Below are positions 8,284-18,216 of a stretch of DNA of 64,000 bases, piece after piece. Below the pieces are notes generated by a model. That model searched no databases. It was not told the DNA's origin and saw only the letters and a list, made by a program, of their open reading frames with translations. Both the position numbers and the translations under genes were made by a program. The DNA comes from a virus (lineage: Duplodnaviria > Caudoviricetes): IMG/VR virus record IMGVR_UViG_3300038300_000071, positions 64,001 through 128,000 of that record; one strand, 5' to 3'. The first letter of the stretch is position 1. Every line of letters starts with the position of its first letter.

Positions 8284-8670
8284 ATAAAGGGTCATGCTGA
8301 AAAGTGTGGCCTTTTATATTTCAATAGGAATGGATATGGCTGTAGATTGCTTGGGAAGAGATATGAAGGTTGGAGATTGGGTTTCTTATACAAACACATG
8401 GCAGGCTGCTGATGTGAGAGTTGGTAAAATATCGATAATAAGAGATAAGCGTAAAGATGGAAAGCCAAGAGTTCATGCAGAGATCACAATATCTGGAATA
8501 GAGGGATATTGTACAAACGTAAATAGAAGTGGATATATATGCTTAATGGAGGCTCCCTTTGACAAGTTGAAAGGAGCGCTTGGAGTGGGAGATAAGTATA
8601 AGATGTAGTTGTATATTTTTTCAATATTTGGGAAGTATTGGAATGTATAACAACAGAAAGGGGTAGTAAG

Positions 8671-9342
8671 ATGTTAAAAGGAATAAGTTTAAATATACTT
8701 TTTGCCTTCTTCATAGCAATGTTCAGCTCTTCTGCTGGAATTATCACTCTTGACTCGGATGCAAGTCTTTCCAGTGTGGGAAATTACACTAAAACCAAAA
8801 TAAAGAAACCGAAGAGCGAGGTGTTTACTTATGGCTCTGGGATCGCTAGTGTATTCAAAACTGGAAAGCCGAAAAAGGGAGATGCGACACCAGAGAGCGA
8901 ATCAAGAGCTTATTTTGTTTTCGATTTATCCGAGGTGACTACCGAGATACTGAATGCTAGTATTGATTTCAGCGGCAGCGGTGATATTTTGAACTTTGAG
9001 TTTTTTCAAGTTAAATCAAATATAGAAGATTTGCGAGATGGGGTCGGAAGCGGTGCTCAGTTTGAGGAGTTTTATGATGACTTAGGGAAAGGCGTAAGAT
9101 ATGCAAATGGTAAAAGCACTAGCTTTAACTTCGATTCAGCATTGATTGATATGAATAATACCAGAAGTCTAGGAAGTTCTTTATTTGCCTTTGGTGTAAA
9201 GAGTAAAGATAAGAAATACTTCCTCTTTGAAAATGTCAAACTAACCTTGACGACTGCGGTTCCTGAGCCTAGAGAAATCCTTCTTCTCCTGACAGGTGTC
9301 ATTTCAGTGTTTCTCCTCCGCCGTAAGAAATCATTGGCTTAA
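8671..9342 (+). CDS. PEP-CTERM sorting-domain surface protein
   Basis: N-terminal signal peptide; C-terminal VPEP, transmembrane helix, RRKK. Confidence 0.88.
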   Translation: MLKGISLNILFAFFIAMFSSSAGIITLDSDASLSSVGNYTKTKIKKPKSEVFTYGSGIASVFKTGKPKKGDATPESESRAYFVFDLSEVTTEILNASIDFSGSGDILNFEFFQVKSNIEDLRDGVGSGAQFEEFYDDLGKGVRYANGKSTSFNFDSALIDMNNTRSLGSSLFAFGVKSKDKKYFLFENVKLTLTTAVPEPREILLLLTGVISVFLLRRKKSLA

Positions 9343-9425
9343 GTGTTATTGAGATATTTCCTTGGTATATTTTTTCAATATTTAGGGGTTGTTGACAGAT
9401 ATTAACTACAACAAGGGATGAAAAG

Positions 9426-9866
9426 ATGTTAAAAGGGATGGTAATGTTTATATTGGTTGCATTTATTGCTTCCAGCTTAACTTCATGCGGTATTATGCAG
9501 ATCACTCCGGGTCTTACTGGAAGCGGTGTTTATGAGCTAGGAGAAATAGGTGGTGTTAAGTATTACACTGTTCACTCTAGCCATATTGCAGGCCCAAATC
9601 AGACTGTAATGGTTTCACACGACACGCTTAAAGAAGGAGCAAGGCCTGTTAATATCGCTGTTAATGGCGGAGAAGGAATTGGCAAGTCTATTGTGGGAGC
9701 AGTTGGAAGTGTTGGATCTTCTTATGTGTTCGGAAAGTCTTTAAAGCCATCGAGTGAGAGCTCTTCTGTTGATGTGTCGGGAGGAAATGCTGCAGGAGGC
9801 GATGGAGGTAGTTCAACTTCCAGAGGTGGAAACGCAACTTCCAGAAATACCAACAATAATAGATAG
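9426..9866 (+). CDS. Lipoprotein
   Basis: Hydrophobic signal peptide with LTSC lipobox; Gly/Ser-rich tail. Confidence 0.7.
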   Translation: MLKGMVMFILVAFIASSLTSCGIMQITPGLTGSGVYELGEIGGVKYYTVHSSHIAGPNQTVMVSHDTLKEGARPVNIAVNGGEGIGKSIVGAVGSVGSSYVFGKSLKPSSESSSVDVSGGNAAGGDGGSSTSRGGNATSRNTNNNR

Positions 9867-9884
9867 AAATTAAATTAAAGAGTC

Positions 9885-9913
9885 AAAAGGCCCCACCTTG
9901 GTTGGGGCCTTTT
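9885..9913 (+). terminator. Intrinsic terminator
   Basis: AAAAGGCCCCA-loop-TGGGGCCTTTT. Confidence 0.8.
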
Positions 9914-10252
9914 GTTTGAACCTGTTTAATGGGTGATAATTGCACTACAAATACTTAGAGTGAAAACAGCGGATATTTAGACATATTGAGAAAATTATAG
10001 GATGAAAAACCTGTATGTAAGATGTTAGTTTGCAGTTAATTGTAATCATATCAGATTTTCCTAAAAATTTCCTATTATTATAAGTAGTATTCATACCGTC
10101 CAAGGCCTGCGCCATTTATTAGCTCCATATCTTTCGTAAAAAAATAAGAAATCTAGGACACTGAGATAAAATATATCAATAGACAAATTAAAATCCTCAA
10201 CAACGCAGTGCATGTTAGATTTAATAAGAGAAAATTCGTACAGGAGAGAAGA

Positions 10253-11068
10253 ATGCAGTTGATAAAAAAAACAAACGAACACGTTAGAAGATTAAAATCT
10301 CGACTTACTGGGATTGATTATCAGCTTGTCTTTGGTGGGGCTGTCAGAGATTCATTAATGGAAAGAAGTTACCAAGACGTAGATTTATTTTTCACAGACA
10401 GGACAAAATATATAAACACTGTGGGAAGATTGTGTGAAGAGGGATATTCGATAGTAGAGTTGTGCAGGAGAAAGTGGTCAAAGAATTTCATTTGTTTGTT
10501 CGGCAGGTATGAGAAAGAAAACCGTTTTAATAAATCGGGAAAAGAATTTGTAGATGTGATGTTGTTTGATTGCACAGAGGAAGAGTTAATTGCAGATTTC
10601 AAGTTGAGTTTTGATTTTGGTGTAAACGTGTGTTATATGAAAGATGGCGAAATTTATGCAAGTGACAGGTGCTTAAGTGAAATAGAGGATGGTGGTGTTT
10701 TAGAATTAGTGTCTGATAAAATTTCAATAGGGAACTGTATTGTAAGGGCTGAAAAGTTTCGAAGCAGAGGTTTTAAAGTCGGATCTAGTGTGATTGGATA
10801 TATTATAAAAGAAATAGAGCTGATGGAGGATTCTCCAGAGGATTACGAAAGTTCGAGATATATTAAGGTTCATGGTGGATATGGAACCTATTGTAATATA
10901 AAAGGCAAAAAGTTATATAGAGATTTTTTTAAACTAATTGACGAGGATACATTAATATTGGCAATGATGAGCAGTAGTGAAAAGATATTAGATTATTCTA
11001 AAAATAATCACAATAAGAAAATCAATAAGAAAGGTGTAGTTTCTAAAATAAGGAATTTGTTTGCATGA
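10253..11068 (+). CDS. Nucleotidyltransferase, CCA-adding/poly(A) polymerase head-like
   Basis: FGGAVRD...DVDLF and FDF motifs; ATG 10253 has an AGGAG RBS. Confidence 0.7.
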   Translation: MQLIKKTNEHVRRLKSRLTGIDYQLVFGGAVRDSLMERSYQDVDLFFTDRTKYINTVGRLCEEGYSIVELCRRKWSKNFICLFGRYEKENRFNKSGKEFVDVMLFDCTEEELIADFKLSFDFGVNVCYMKDGEIYASDRCLSEIEDGGVLELVSDKISIGNCIVRAEKFRSRGFKVGSSVIGYIIKEIELMEDSPEDYESSRYIKVHGGYGTYCNIKGKKLYRDFFKLIDEDTLILAMMSSSEKILDYSKNNHNKKINKKGVVSKIRNLFA

Positions 11069-11943
11069 AATACAACGCAGAGGTTATAAGTATAGAGGAG
11101 GTCAGTGAAAATCTAAGAATATTTAGAATAAAGCCTGATTTCCCTGTCAATAGTTATGAAGCTGGCCAATATACCACTTTGGGGTTAGATGGGAGCGAAG
11201 CTAGAGTACCAAGAGCGCAAAAGGAAGAGTTGGCCGAGGGAATGCTTAATAAAGTCCAAAAGAGGGCTTACAGCATATCTTCTCCGGTTTTCAAAGAGGA
11301 TCATGATTTGGTAGATCATAATGAATTGGATTATTTAGAGTTCTATATTTCATTAGTACCAGTTGGGCACAAGAGTTATCCTCCTTATTTGACTCCGAGA
11401 TTGTTTATGCTTAAGGAAGGCGATAGAGTAAACATGGGAAAGAAGATAACGGGTAATTATCTTTTAGGAGATGTAGATGATAAAGATACGATTATATTTA
11501 TATCTACTGGAACTGGATTGGCTCCTCATAACCCGATGTTGTCAAAGTTGCTAAGAGATGGGCATGAGGGGAAAATAGTTATAGTTGAGTGTAATCGTTA
11601 TAGCTGTGAGTTTGGCTATAGTACGCAGATAGAAGAAATTGTCGAATCTTATCCTAACGTGTTTCATGAAGTAATGATTACATCAGAGCGCGAAGATTAT
11701 TACATACAGAATTTATTTTCTGAGAATGTTTTAGAGGATAAGTATGATTTCAAGATTGAGGCGAAGAATACAAAAGTGTATCTTTGCGGAAGTCCTAGAA
11801 TGATTGGCGCTCCTAAGTTGGTAGATGGCAAAGAAGTATTTGACAACAAAGATGGAATGGTTTCACTCCTTCAGTCAAAGTATGGATTAAAGTCTAATTA
11901 TGAAAATGACGAAGGTCAGATTAATTTTGAGAAGTATTGGTAA
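11065..11943 (+). CDS. fpr: Ferredoxin-NADP+ reductase
   Basis: GQY, RAYSISS, STGTGLAP, YLCGSP and C-terminal EKYW motifs. Confidence 0.9.
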   Translation: MKYNAEVISIEEVSENLRIFRIKPDFPVNSYEAGQYTTLGLDGSEARVPRAQKEELAEGMLNKVQKRAYSISSPVFKEDHDLVDHNELDYLEFYISLVPVGHKSYPPYLTPRLFMLKEGDRVNMGKKITGNYLLGDVDDKDTIIFISTGTGLAPHNPMLSKLLRDGHEGKIVIVECNRYSCEFGYSTQIEEIVESYPNVFHEVMITSEREDYYIQNLFSENVLEDKYDFKIEAKNTKVYLCGSPRMIGAPKLVDGKEVFDNKDGMVSLLQSKYGLKSNYENDEGQINFEKYW

Positions 11944-12240
11944 GAGTGTAAATGGGAGTAGAAACATGGAGAGAGTAGAATTGAAGTTGAAAGATTGTGA
12001 TTTAGATGCAGTTGATCTAGATGGTGGTTGTTGGGGCTTTGGAAGTATGTATGGCAATGATTGGCATATATATCATGTAGATGATCATCTTAACGAAACC
12101 TCCTATGCCTTCCCTGAGTGGTTAAACGATTTGATTAATGCTAAATACAATCAAGGATCGGATGATAAAGTGAGCGAGATAAGAAAGGCTTTAAATCTGT
12201 GAGAAGGTGGAAGTTTTAAATTTAACATATTTTAAATAAA

Positions 12241-12282
12241 AAAACCCTTTTTAGTGAGTTATTAACTAAAGAGGGTTTTTTT
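12241..12282 (+). terminator. Intrinsic terminator
   Basis: AAAACCCTTTTTAGT...ACTAAAGAGGGTTTTTTT. Confidence 0.65.
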
Positions 12283-12687
12283 GTGGACAAAATGACAGTA
12301 TTAAATGGGATAGCGGCCATCAGCAGCATGAATGATAAATTCCAATATATAATAAATTTAGCGAAAGCGGCAGATGGTCTAGATGATTCAGAGAAGGTTC
12401 ACAAATATAAGATAAGAGGATGCAATTCCAAATTGTGGTTAGTTCCTAAGTTTGAGAATGGTCTTGTTGAGTTCAGAGTGGATGGTGAGGCGATGATACC
12501 TAAAGGAATAGGAATTATATTAGCCTTGGCTTATTCTGGGATGACGCCTGATGAAGTTATTGGAAAAGATCCTATCTTTTTAACTCAGTACGGGATAACT
12601 CATCACTTGACAGCCAGTCGTAGAAACGTCCTCAGTGGATTATACAAACAGATGAAATATTATGCTTCTGCTTATAAGAACATGTAA
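12283..12687 (+). CDS. sufE: SufE family Fe-S cluster sulfur acceptor
   Basis: IRGCNSKLWL, DGEAMIPKG and HLTASRRN motifs. Confidence 0.85.
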   Translation: MDKMTVLNGIAAISSMNDKFQYIINLAKAADGLDDSEKVHKYKIRGCNSKLWLVPKFENGLVEFRVDGEAMIPKGIGIILALAYSGMTPDEVIGKDPIFLTQYGITHHLTASRRNVLSGLYKQMKYYASAYKNM

Positions 12688-13090
12688 GGCCTCGGATTGA
12701 ATTGTCATTGTTTAGAGGATATATTAAGAGTGAATACAAGTGTGCTGAATTAGAATTCGTATGAATAAAACTTTTATTTTATTCCTTTTTATACGGGTGC
12801 TTACTTTTTTAGGATAAAATTAAATATATAATCTATCATTTTAAAAGGATCGGAGGCATACAATGAACTTGCATAGCGCAATTGGTGATCTATGTTCATC
12901 GTGCGAAGAAGTTGGGAGATTATCTCAAGCTATTGATCTTATGTACGCAAAGAACGAAATTGAAGACGTATATTCAAAAGAAGAAGTTTCAAAGAGGGAG
13001 TCGGAAGTCCATGTTAAGATTTGCAGATGTAATAATCTTAGGGTTGAGATTGAAGGTTTCATCAAGGCGGAATTAAAACGAGGCGGGTGA

Positions 13091-13465
13091 ATGCAATCTG
13101 GAAATGTAGTTAGATGTCTGAGGGCCGAGTCAGCAATTGATCCTTATGGCAGTTCTTATGAGAAGACAGGATTAAAGGATGGCGCATATTATTTGGTAAT
13201 ATTGAATTCTAATGAAAAGTTGAAGTTATTTGGAGTTAGAGGATATTTCAAGAAGGATTTATTTGAGCTCAAACATGATGTGGAGTATCATTCTCTTCCT
13301 TGGTTTAAGAAAGATTATTCTAAATGTGGGAATTGGGTTCTTGTTGATGGGATGAATTGGAGGTTTAAATATTCTTCCAACACTTACGGAGGCCCAGATT
13401 ATCCTAAGATAAAGAACGCATTGTTTGTAGACCCTCATTCAGTAGAGAGAGTGTGCGAAAGTTAA
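13091..13465 (+). CDS. Hypothetical protein
   Basis: ORF in a tightly packed + strand run (12863-14311). Confidence 0.55.
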   Translation: MQSGNVVRCLRAESAIDPYGSSYEKTGLKDGAYYLVILNSNEKLKLFGVRGYFKKDLFELKHDVEYHSLPWFKKDYSKCGNWVLVDGMNWRFKYSSNTYGGPDYPKIKNALFVDPHSVERVCES

Positions 13466-14337
13466 GAATTTGAGTTATTGTTCGTATAGTTGTATGTGAG
13501 TATAATTGGAATTGAAGGAATTGATGATGGCGCTTGGTAATGGATTAGACGTGTCTTGCTTTAACTACATTGGAGGGAATTTAACTTCAATGCCTTCGGA
13601 GGTGGAAGTTGCCTACACGAACAAGATAAAAAATTTAAATAAGATGGTATCGGTTTTATCAGAGGAAGTGGATTTGGATAAATTCGATAAAAGTTTCAAA
13701 GGCAATATAGAGGAAGTTTTAGAAGAACGCTACAGAGATAAGATAGAAGGCCATGAGTCTTTAATCAATTTATTGAAGGGTGAGATTTTAGAACATGAGT
13801 CTCTTATTGATAAAATTAAAAGTTTAGGTGGTGTGGCTGGTGGTGAGTTGCTTGAATCTTACAGATTATGCAAGGGCGAATTGGCAGTTGCGCAAAACAT
13901 AAAAGAGAAGGATTTATGATGTCAATATTTAAAGATATAAAGCTATTGGATGCTCTTGAAAGCGGGTGTATAACTTTACAAATGAAAAATTGTTACTCCA
14001 AAGAGGTTGATTTGGTGTGGAATGGAATAGCGAAGCACATATTTACAGATTTTTATTTCCTAGAGGTTGAGATTGCGGACAGCAAAGATCCGGCAGAAGA
14101 AGTTCAGTATTGGAAGGTATTAAATAAAATCTTCGAAGAAGTAATTGAGATAAATACCAGAAAAGATTTAGTAGCAAACATAATTTATGCAGTTTCTTCA
14201 GGTTATGTTCCGGTTGGAGTTCCAAAGTCATTCCTTGATAACATTGTAAAGTCATACAAAAACCACACAAAAGGCATCGATTTATTTAAAAGAAGAGCTA
14301 AGGATAAATAAAAGATTATATTTTTTCAACAAACAGT

Positions 14338-14366
14338 TTGCAAATTAAGAGTTGTTAAAGTATATT
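14338..14366 (+). promoter_or_regulatory. sigma70-type promoter of tRNA operon 2
   Basis: TTGCAA-17 nt-TATATT. Confidence 0.7.
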
Positions 14367-14410
14367 GTTAAATAACGAAAGATTAAAATTTATTTAAGAG
14401 AAGTAGAAAA

Positions 14411-14497
14411 ATGAAAAACTTTACAGAAAACACAACACATCTAGGCCTTGTACTTCATGGTACGTGGTTTATGGGTTGTATTGGGTTTTCTGAATAA
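14411..14497 (+). CDS. Leader peptide of tRNA operon 2 (MKNFTENTTHLGLVLHGTWFMGCIGFSE)
   Basis: 28-codon ORF between promoter and terminator; 14 of codons 8-22 are Thr/His/Leu/Gly/Trp/Phe/Met, the tRNAs encoded downstream. Confidence 0.8.
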   Translation: MKNFTENTTHLGLVLHGTWFMGCIGFSE

Positions 14498-14523
14498 GTA
14501 TATTTTTACATATATAGTTTTAG

Positions 14524-14557
14524 AAAGCCCTTTGAGAAATCCTCAAAGGGCTTTTTT
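14524..14557 (+). terminator. Attenuator terminator upstream of tRNA operon 2
   Basis: AAAGCCCTTTGAG-loop-CTCAAAGGGCTTTTTT. Confidence 0.9.
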
Positions 14558-14563
14558 GTTTTT

Positions 14564-14636
14564 AGGGAAGTAGCATAATTGGTAGTGCAGTGGATTCCAA
14601 ATCCAAAGGTTGTGAGTTCGAGTCTCTCCTTCCCTG
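14564..14636 (+). tRNA. tRNA-Trp(CCA)
   Basis: AGGGAAG/CTTCCCT acceptor; TGGA-TTCCAAA-TCCA anticodon arm. Confidence 0.9.
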
Positions 14637-14661
14637 CTTAAAGATAAAGGAAAGAAAAAAA

Positions 14662-14937
14662 ATGATTACGATTAAAGATTTTTGCGAGAAGCATGAAATA
14701 GAGAGAAGAGTAGAGAAGTATGGTGATTATAGCGATTTGTATGTGGATATTTGTAAAAGGTATAAATCGGAAGTAGAGGTTTGGTTTGAGATGGGTGCTG
14801 ATGGAAATGATTGCAAGCATATGTTAAGATATTATAAGGAAGGAGATTTGAAGGAATACTTTAAAGAGTTTTATGGTTTTACAGAGGAGATTCCAGAAGG
14901 GATGTTATCTGTAAGTGATAGTGAAGAAGTGGAGTAA
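14662..14937 (+). CDS. Hypothetical protein
   Basis: Start moved to ATG 14662, downstream of tRNA-Trp. Confidence 0.6.
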   Translation: MITIKDFCEKHEIERRVEKYGDYSDLYVDICKRYKSEVEVWFEMGADGNDCKHMLRYYKEGDLKEYFKEFYGFTEEIPEGMLSVSDSEEVE

Positions 14938-14943
14938 AGATAA

Positions 14944-15017
14944 GGCGTGTTAGCTCAGTTCGGTAGAGCGGTTGATTGAAGCCCAACAGGTCACTGGTTC
15001 AAATCCAGTACGCGCCA
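14944..15017 (+). tRNA. tRNA-Phe(GAA)
   Basis: Cloverleaf; TTGAAGC anticodon loop. Confidence 0.9.
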
Positions 15018-15019
15018 CT

Positions 15020-15092
15020 TCCAGAGTAGCCTAATTGGTAAGGCGACAGATTGTGACTCTGTTAATTGCGGGTTCGAGTCCCGTCTCTGGAC
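15020..15092 (+). tRNA. tRNA-His(GTG)
   Basis: ACAGA-TTGTGAC-TCTGT arm; discriminator C; the -1 position is T, so G-1 is not encoded. Confidence 0.9.
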
Positions 15093-15094
15093 TT

Positions 15095-15180
15095 TGGATG
15101 ATGCACGACTGTCTTAAGGCAGTTAGGATAAGGCGCTCCGATATAAAGGAGAGATTCGTTGGTGAAAATCCAGCCATCTA
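15095..15180 (+). ncRNA. Degenerate tRNA-like RNA
   Basis: TGGATG/CATCTA terminal stem; GTTGG-TGAAAAT-CCAGC T-arm-like hairpin; two internal hairpins. Confidence 0.35.
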
Positions 15181-15205
15181 TTTTTTGAAGAAGAAAGAAA
15201 TTTAT

Positions 15206-15278
15206 GCATGTGTAGCTCAGTTGGTAGAGCAATGGATTTGTAACCCATAGGTCAGGAGTTCGAGCCTCCTCTCATGCT
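15206..15278 (+). tRNA. tRNA-Thr(TGT)
   Basis: Cloverleaf; TTTGTAA anticodon loop; one T-T mismatch in the acceptor. Confidence 0.85.
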
Positions 15279-15283
15279 TACAT

Positions 15284-15356
15284 AAGTATGTAGCTCAATT
15301 GGTAGAGCATCTGAATCATAATCAGAATGTTGCAGGTTCGAGTCCTGTCATGCTTA
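15284..15356 (+). tRNA. tRNA-Met(CAT)
   Basis: TCTGA-ATCATAA-TCAGA anticodon arm. Confidence 0.85.
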
Positions 15357-15360
15357 CTAT

Positions 15361-15434
15361 GTCAGTGTAGCTCAATTGGCTAGAGCATCTGGTTGCCAAT
15401 CAGAAGGTTGCAGGTTCGAGTCCTGTCACTGATA
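15361..15434 (+). tRNA. tRNA-Gly(GCC)
   Basis: TCTGG-TTGCCAA-TCAGA anticodon arm. Confidence 0.9.
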
Positions 15435-15483
15435 TTGAAGTTTAGGAAATGTTAAATTAAAATTATTTACATGGGACTTACAG

Positions 15484-15975
15484 ATGCGATCAAAGAAGGG
15501 GTTGACGGCGAAGGATATAACTGCTGGCATATTTAAGCATTTTCATAAGAAGAGCAAGTGGATAATTGAAAGTATCTACTTGCTTTTTGACAGTGAGAGT
15601 GACGTTGTAACGATGTCAAAAGCAGGATATATTACAGAGTATGAGGTAAAAGTTGCGCTGAGTGACTTTAAAAGAGACATGGCAAAGAGGTATAAGATGG
15701 GAAGAGTGTCTAAGAATAAGCATTCTGCGTTATCTAGCGGTAAGACGGGAATAAAGCACTTTTACTTCTGTGGCCCAAAGGATATGATACCTTTAGAGCT
15801 TATACCGAGTCATGCAGGCTTAATGGAATTCTGGAAGCAAGGAGGAAGGGTGAGGTATAGGATTGTAAAGAAAGCTCCTACTCTTGTGAACGCGACTAAG
15901 GCGTCTTTTAAAATGGAGAAGAAAATTATAACTTCTATGAAGTGGAAGTACATGAACAAAGTGATGAAAGAGTAA
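15484..15975 (+). CDS. PD-(D/E)xK nuclease-like protein (MmcB-like)
   Basis: ESDVV...EYEVKVALSDFKRD...FYFCGP...AGL pattern. Confidence 0.65.
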   Translation: MRSKKGLTAKDITAGIFKHFHKKSKWIIESIYLLFDSESDVVTMSKAGYITEYEVKVALSDFKRDMAKRYKMGRVSKNKHSALSSGKTGIKHFYFCGPKDMIPLELIPSHAGLMEFWKQGGRVRYRIVKKAPTLVNATKASFKMEKKIITSMKWKYMNKVMKE

Positions 15976-16074
15976 AAGATGTTGAAGACTAAGAAATAGA
16001 GTGTTAAATTAATATAGTGGAGTTGAAAATTATAGGACTGCCATTATAGTAATTTAGAAATAAGGAAGTTGGCT

Positions 16075-16266
16075 ATGGATTACAATGTAATAGTTTTTAA
16101 AGAGGATGGAGATTTTATTGCAACGTGCAAGGAGATGCCTAGCATTTCGGGAATAGGAGACACAAAGCTGAAGGCAATAGAAGAGTTTCACATTGCAATT
16201 TCTCTTGCAAAAGAGATTATGGATGAGCAGGGAACTCCAATGCCGGAAAGAATTGATGGAGTATAA
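16075..16266 (+). CDS. HicB-like antitoxin domain protein
   Basis: FIATCKEMPSISGIGDT...AIEE...EQGTPMP pattern. Confidence 0.75.
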   Translation: MDYNVIVFKEDGDFIATCKEMPSISGIGDTKLKAIEEFHIAISLAKEIMDEQGTPMPERIDGV

Positions 16267-16722
16267 GTGGTTTTTTTGTTTTCCTTGTGGTGGGCCGTCC
16301 ATGATTTGCATGGATTGCGATGCTTCAATTTGTACAGGAGGTTGTAGGCATGCTACGGAGTTATTTGAAGTTGAGCCTAAGTTTTGGGATGAAGACGACA
16401 CAAAGGACGTGGGAGATATTACACCTAAGAGAGCGAAAGAGTTGATAGGCGAATGGAATGACTATGGAAGGAAGATGAGGAGTGGTTGTCTTGGAATACT
16501 TGAGAAAAAAGAAATATGAGGTGTAGATTGACATGTTGTTCAGATCTCTTGGAAAGGAAGCACTTTGGTTGGGTTCTTAGTCGATCTTGGGATGTTTATC
16601 GCAAGAGGTGTCTTATAGATTTCGAAACTTTAGATGGTGAAAGTTTTACAGTTCCGATTGAAAATCTTTGTGGAGATTCTCCGAGTGGATTTTTGATTGT
16701 GGGAAATAAAGAAGAAATACAC

Positions 16723-16795
16723 GCCAGTGTAGCTCAGTTGGTAGAGCAGGTCACTTGTAATGATCAGGTCAACGGTTCGAATCCGTTCACTGGCT
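16723..16795 (+). tRNA. tRNA-Thr(TGT), second copy
   Basis: GCCAGTG/CACTGGC acceptor; GGTCA-CTTGTAA-TGATC arm. Confidence 0.93.
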
Positions 16796-16818
16796 TTAGG
16801 AAAGAAGGAATAGATTAA

Positions 16819-17046
16819 GTGGTTATAGATGTAGAGATTGATAATTGTTGTGGTGGAGGTCATTGTGGGCCAGTACCCGGATATACTTATGAATGTCCAG
16901 TATGTGAGAAGAGCACGATGTGTAGGACTAGGAATGGACGTGCTCTTGATGTTGATGAAAGTTTAACTTGCTCATTATGCAAGGAAGAAATAACAGTTGT
17001 AGAAGTGTTGAGTGATGGAACATTCGATTTTGATTTTGAATTGTAA
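16819..17046 (+). CDS. Small zinc-finger protein
   Basis: CPVC and CSLC pairs. Confidence 0.55.
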   Translation: MVIDVEIDNCCGGGHCGPVPGYTYECPVCEKSTMCRTRNGRALDVDESLTCSLCKEEITVVEVLSDGTFDFDFEL

Positions 17047-17059
17047 GTAAGTTTATTAT

Positions 17060-17169
17060 GCCGGAGTAGCTTAATTGGTTAGAGCATAAGTGAAGCGCAT
17101 CATCGGAGACTAGTTAATCCTTTGTTGCTAGTATCTTAAAGGTTGCAGGTTCAAGTCCTGCCTCCGGCA
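17060..17169 (+). ncRNA. tRNA-like RNA with 44-nt segment replacing the anticodon loop
   Basis: Perfect GCCGGAG/CTCCGGC acceptor; canonical D- and T-arms; TAAG/CTTA stem enclosing 44 nt. Confidence 0.75.
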
Positions 17170-17191
17170 CTTTTTAGGTAATAAGTTTTAT

Positions 17192-17294
17192 GCGGGAGCC
17201 TGTTGGTTAGGGCTTAGTGAAGAGTATTTTGATGCACCTGGTTAAATCATAATGCAAGTAGCTTTGTACGGGGGTTCGAATCCCTCCTTCTGCT
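17192..17294 (+). ncRNA. tRNA-like RNA with extended central arm
   Basis: GCGGGAG/CTTCTGC acceptor; GGGGG-TTCGAAT-CCCTC T-arm; GTGAAGA...AAGTAGC motif. Confidence 0.6.
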
Positions 17295-17350
17295 TTGGTT
17301 TTAAAGTATAGGCGAATTAAATAAGATATTTTGGGAAAGGGTGAAACTGA

Positions 17351-17986
17351 ATGATTAGTCATAAACATAAGTTTATTTTTTCGCATGTTCCCAAGGTTGC
17401 TGGAACATCGATAGAGATTTCTTTAAGGCCATATGATGATTCTGGCTTTAAGTGGGGATTAAGGAATGATGATTTGGGAAATGCGATTGCAAATCATAAG
17501 GATTATTTTGTATTTGGATTTGTTAGAAATCCTTATGACAGGTTGGTATCGGCGTGGAAGATGTCGAAGGTAAATGGAAAGCATGATATGCCATTTAGGG
17601 ATTATGTGACGTGTGTTGGCAAATTCCTATCTCATGATTATGAAACGTTGATAAAGTTGTACAGAAGTAATAAGTGTTGGAAGAATGGATATCCTTTGAC
17701 GATGAAGGATGCGGGATTTTTAGACCCTGTTCATGATAAGTATCATACTGTATATCAGTGGAACTTTACTTATGGTTGTAAGTTTGTAGGAAGGTATGAG
17801 CGTTTGGATGATGATTTTAAATTGGTATGTGAAGTATTAAAGTTGAATGTTGATGATCTTCGGAGGGGAAATAAGTCTGGGGATGGCAGCAATTACAAAG
17901 AGCATTATGATAAAAATTTGCAATCTCAGGTGTATGAAATGTACAAGCAAGATTTCTTAATGTTTGGTTATCAATACAAGCTGTAG
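17351..17986 (+). CDS. Sulfotransferase family protein
   Basis: FSHVPKVAGTSI, FVRNPYDRLVS, VGRYE motifs. Confidence 0.88.
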   Translation: MISHKHKFIFSHVPKVAGTSIEISLRPYDDSGFKWGLRNDDLGNAIANHKDYFVFGFVRNPYDRLVSAWKMSKVNGKHDMPFRDYVTCVGKFLSHDYETLIKLYRSNKCWKNGYPLTMKDAGFLDPVHDKYHTVYQWNFTYGCKFVGRYERLDDDFKLVCEVLKLNVDDLRRGNKSGDGSNYKEHYDKNLQSQVYEMYKQDFLMFGYQYKL

Positions 17987-18045
17987 TTTGTGCTTAGATA
18001 ATTTTTTTATAATTCTCCAGAAATTATAAAAGGAGATTTAAAAAA

Positions 18046-18210
18046 ATGAAATACGAATGTTTTGATTGCAGTTCAATATTTGACATAGATGCATCCAATG
18101 ATGGAAGTTGTCCAAGTTGTGGAAGTTCTAATGCGGCGCGGTATAATAATGACTATGCTAGATATGATGATGAAGATGAAGAGAGTTATAAAGATGAGTA
18201 TGATGACTAA
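18046..18210 (+). CDS. Small zinc-ribbon protein (54 aa)
   Basis: YECFDC...CPSCGS; AGGAG RBS; read by hand. Confidence 0.65.
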   Translation: MKYECFDCSSIFDIDASNDGSCPSCGSSNAARYNNDYARYDDEDEESYKDEYDD

Positions 18211-18216
18211 GTTTGA

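Noticed and set aside
15035-15250. 71-aa ORF in the track
   Set aside because: Overlaps tRNA-His and tRNA-Thr.
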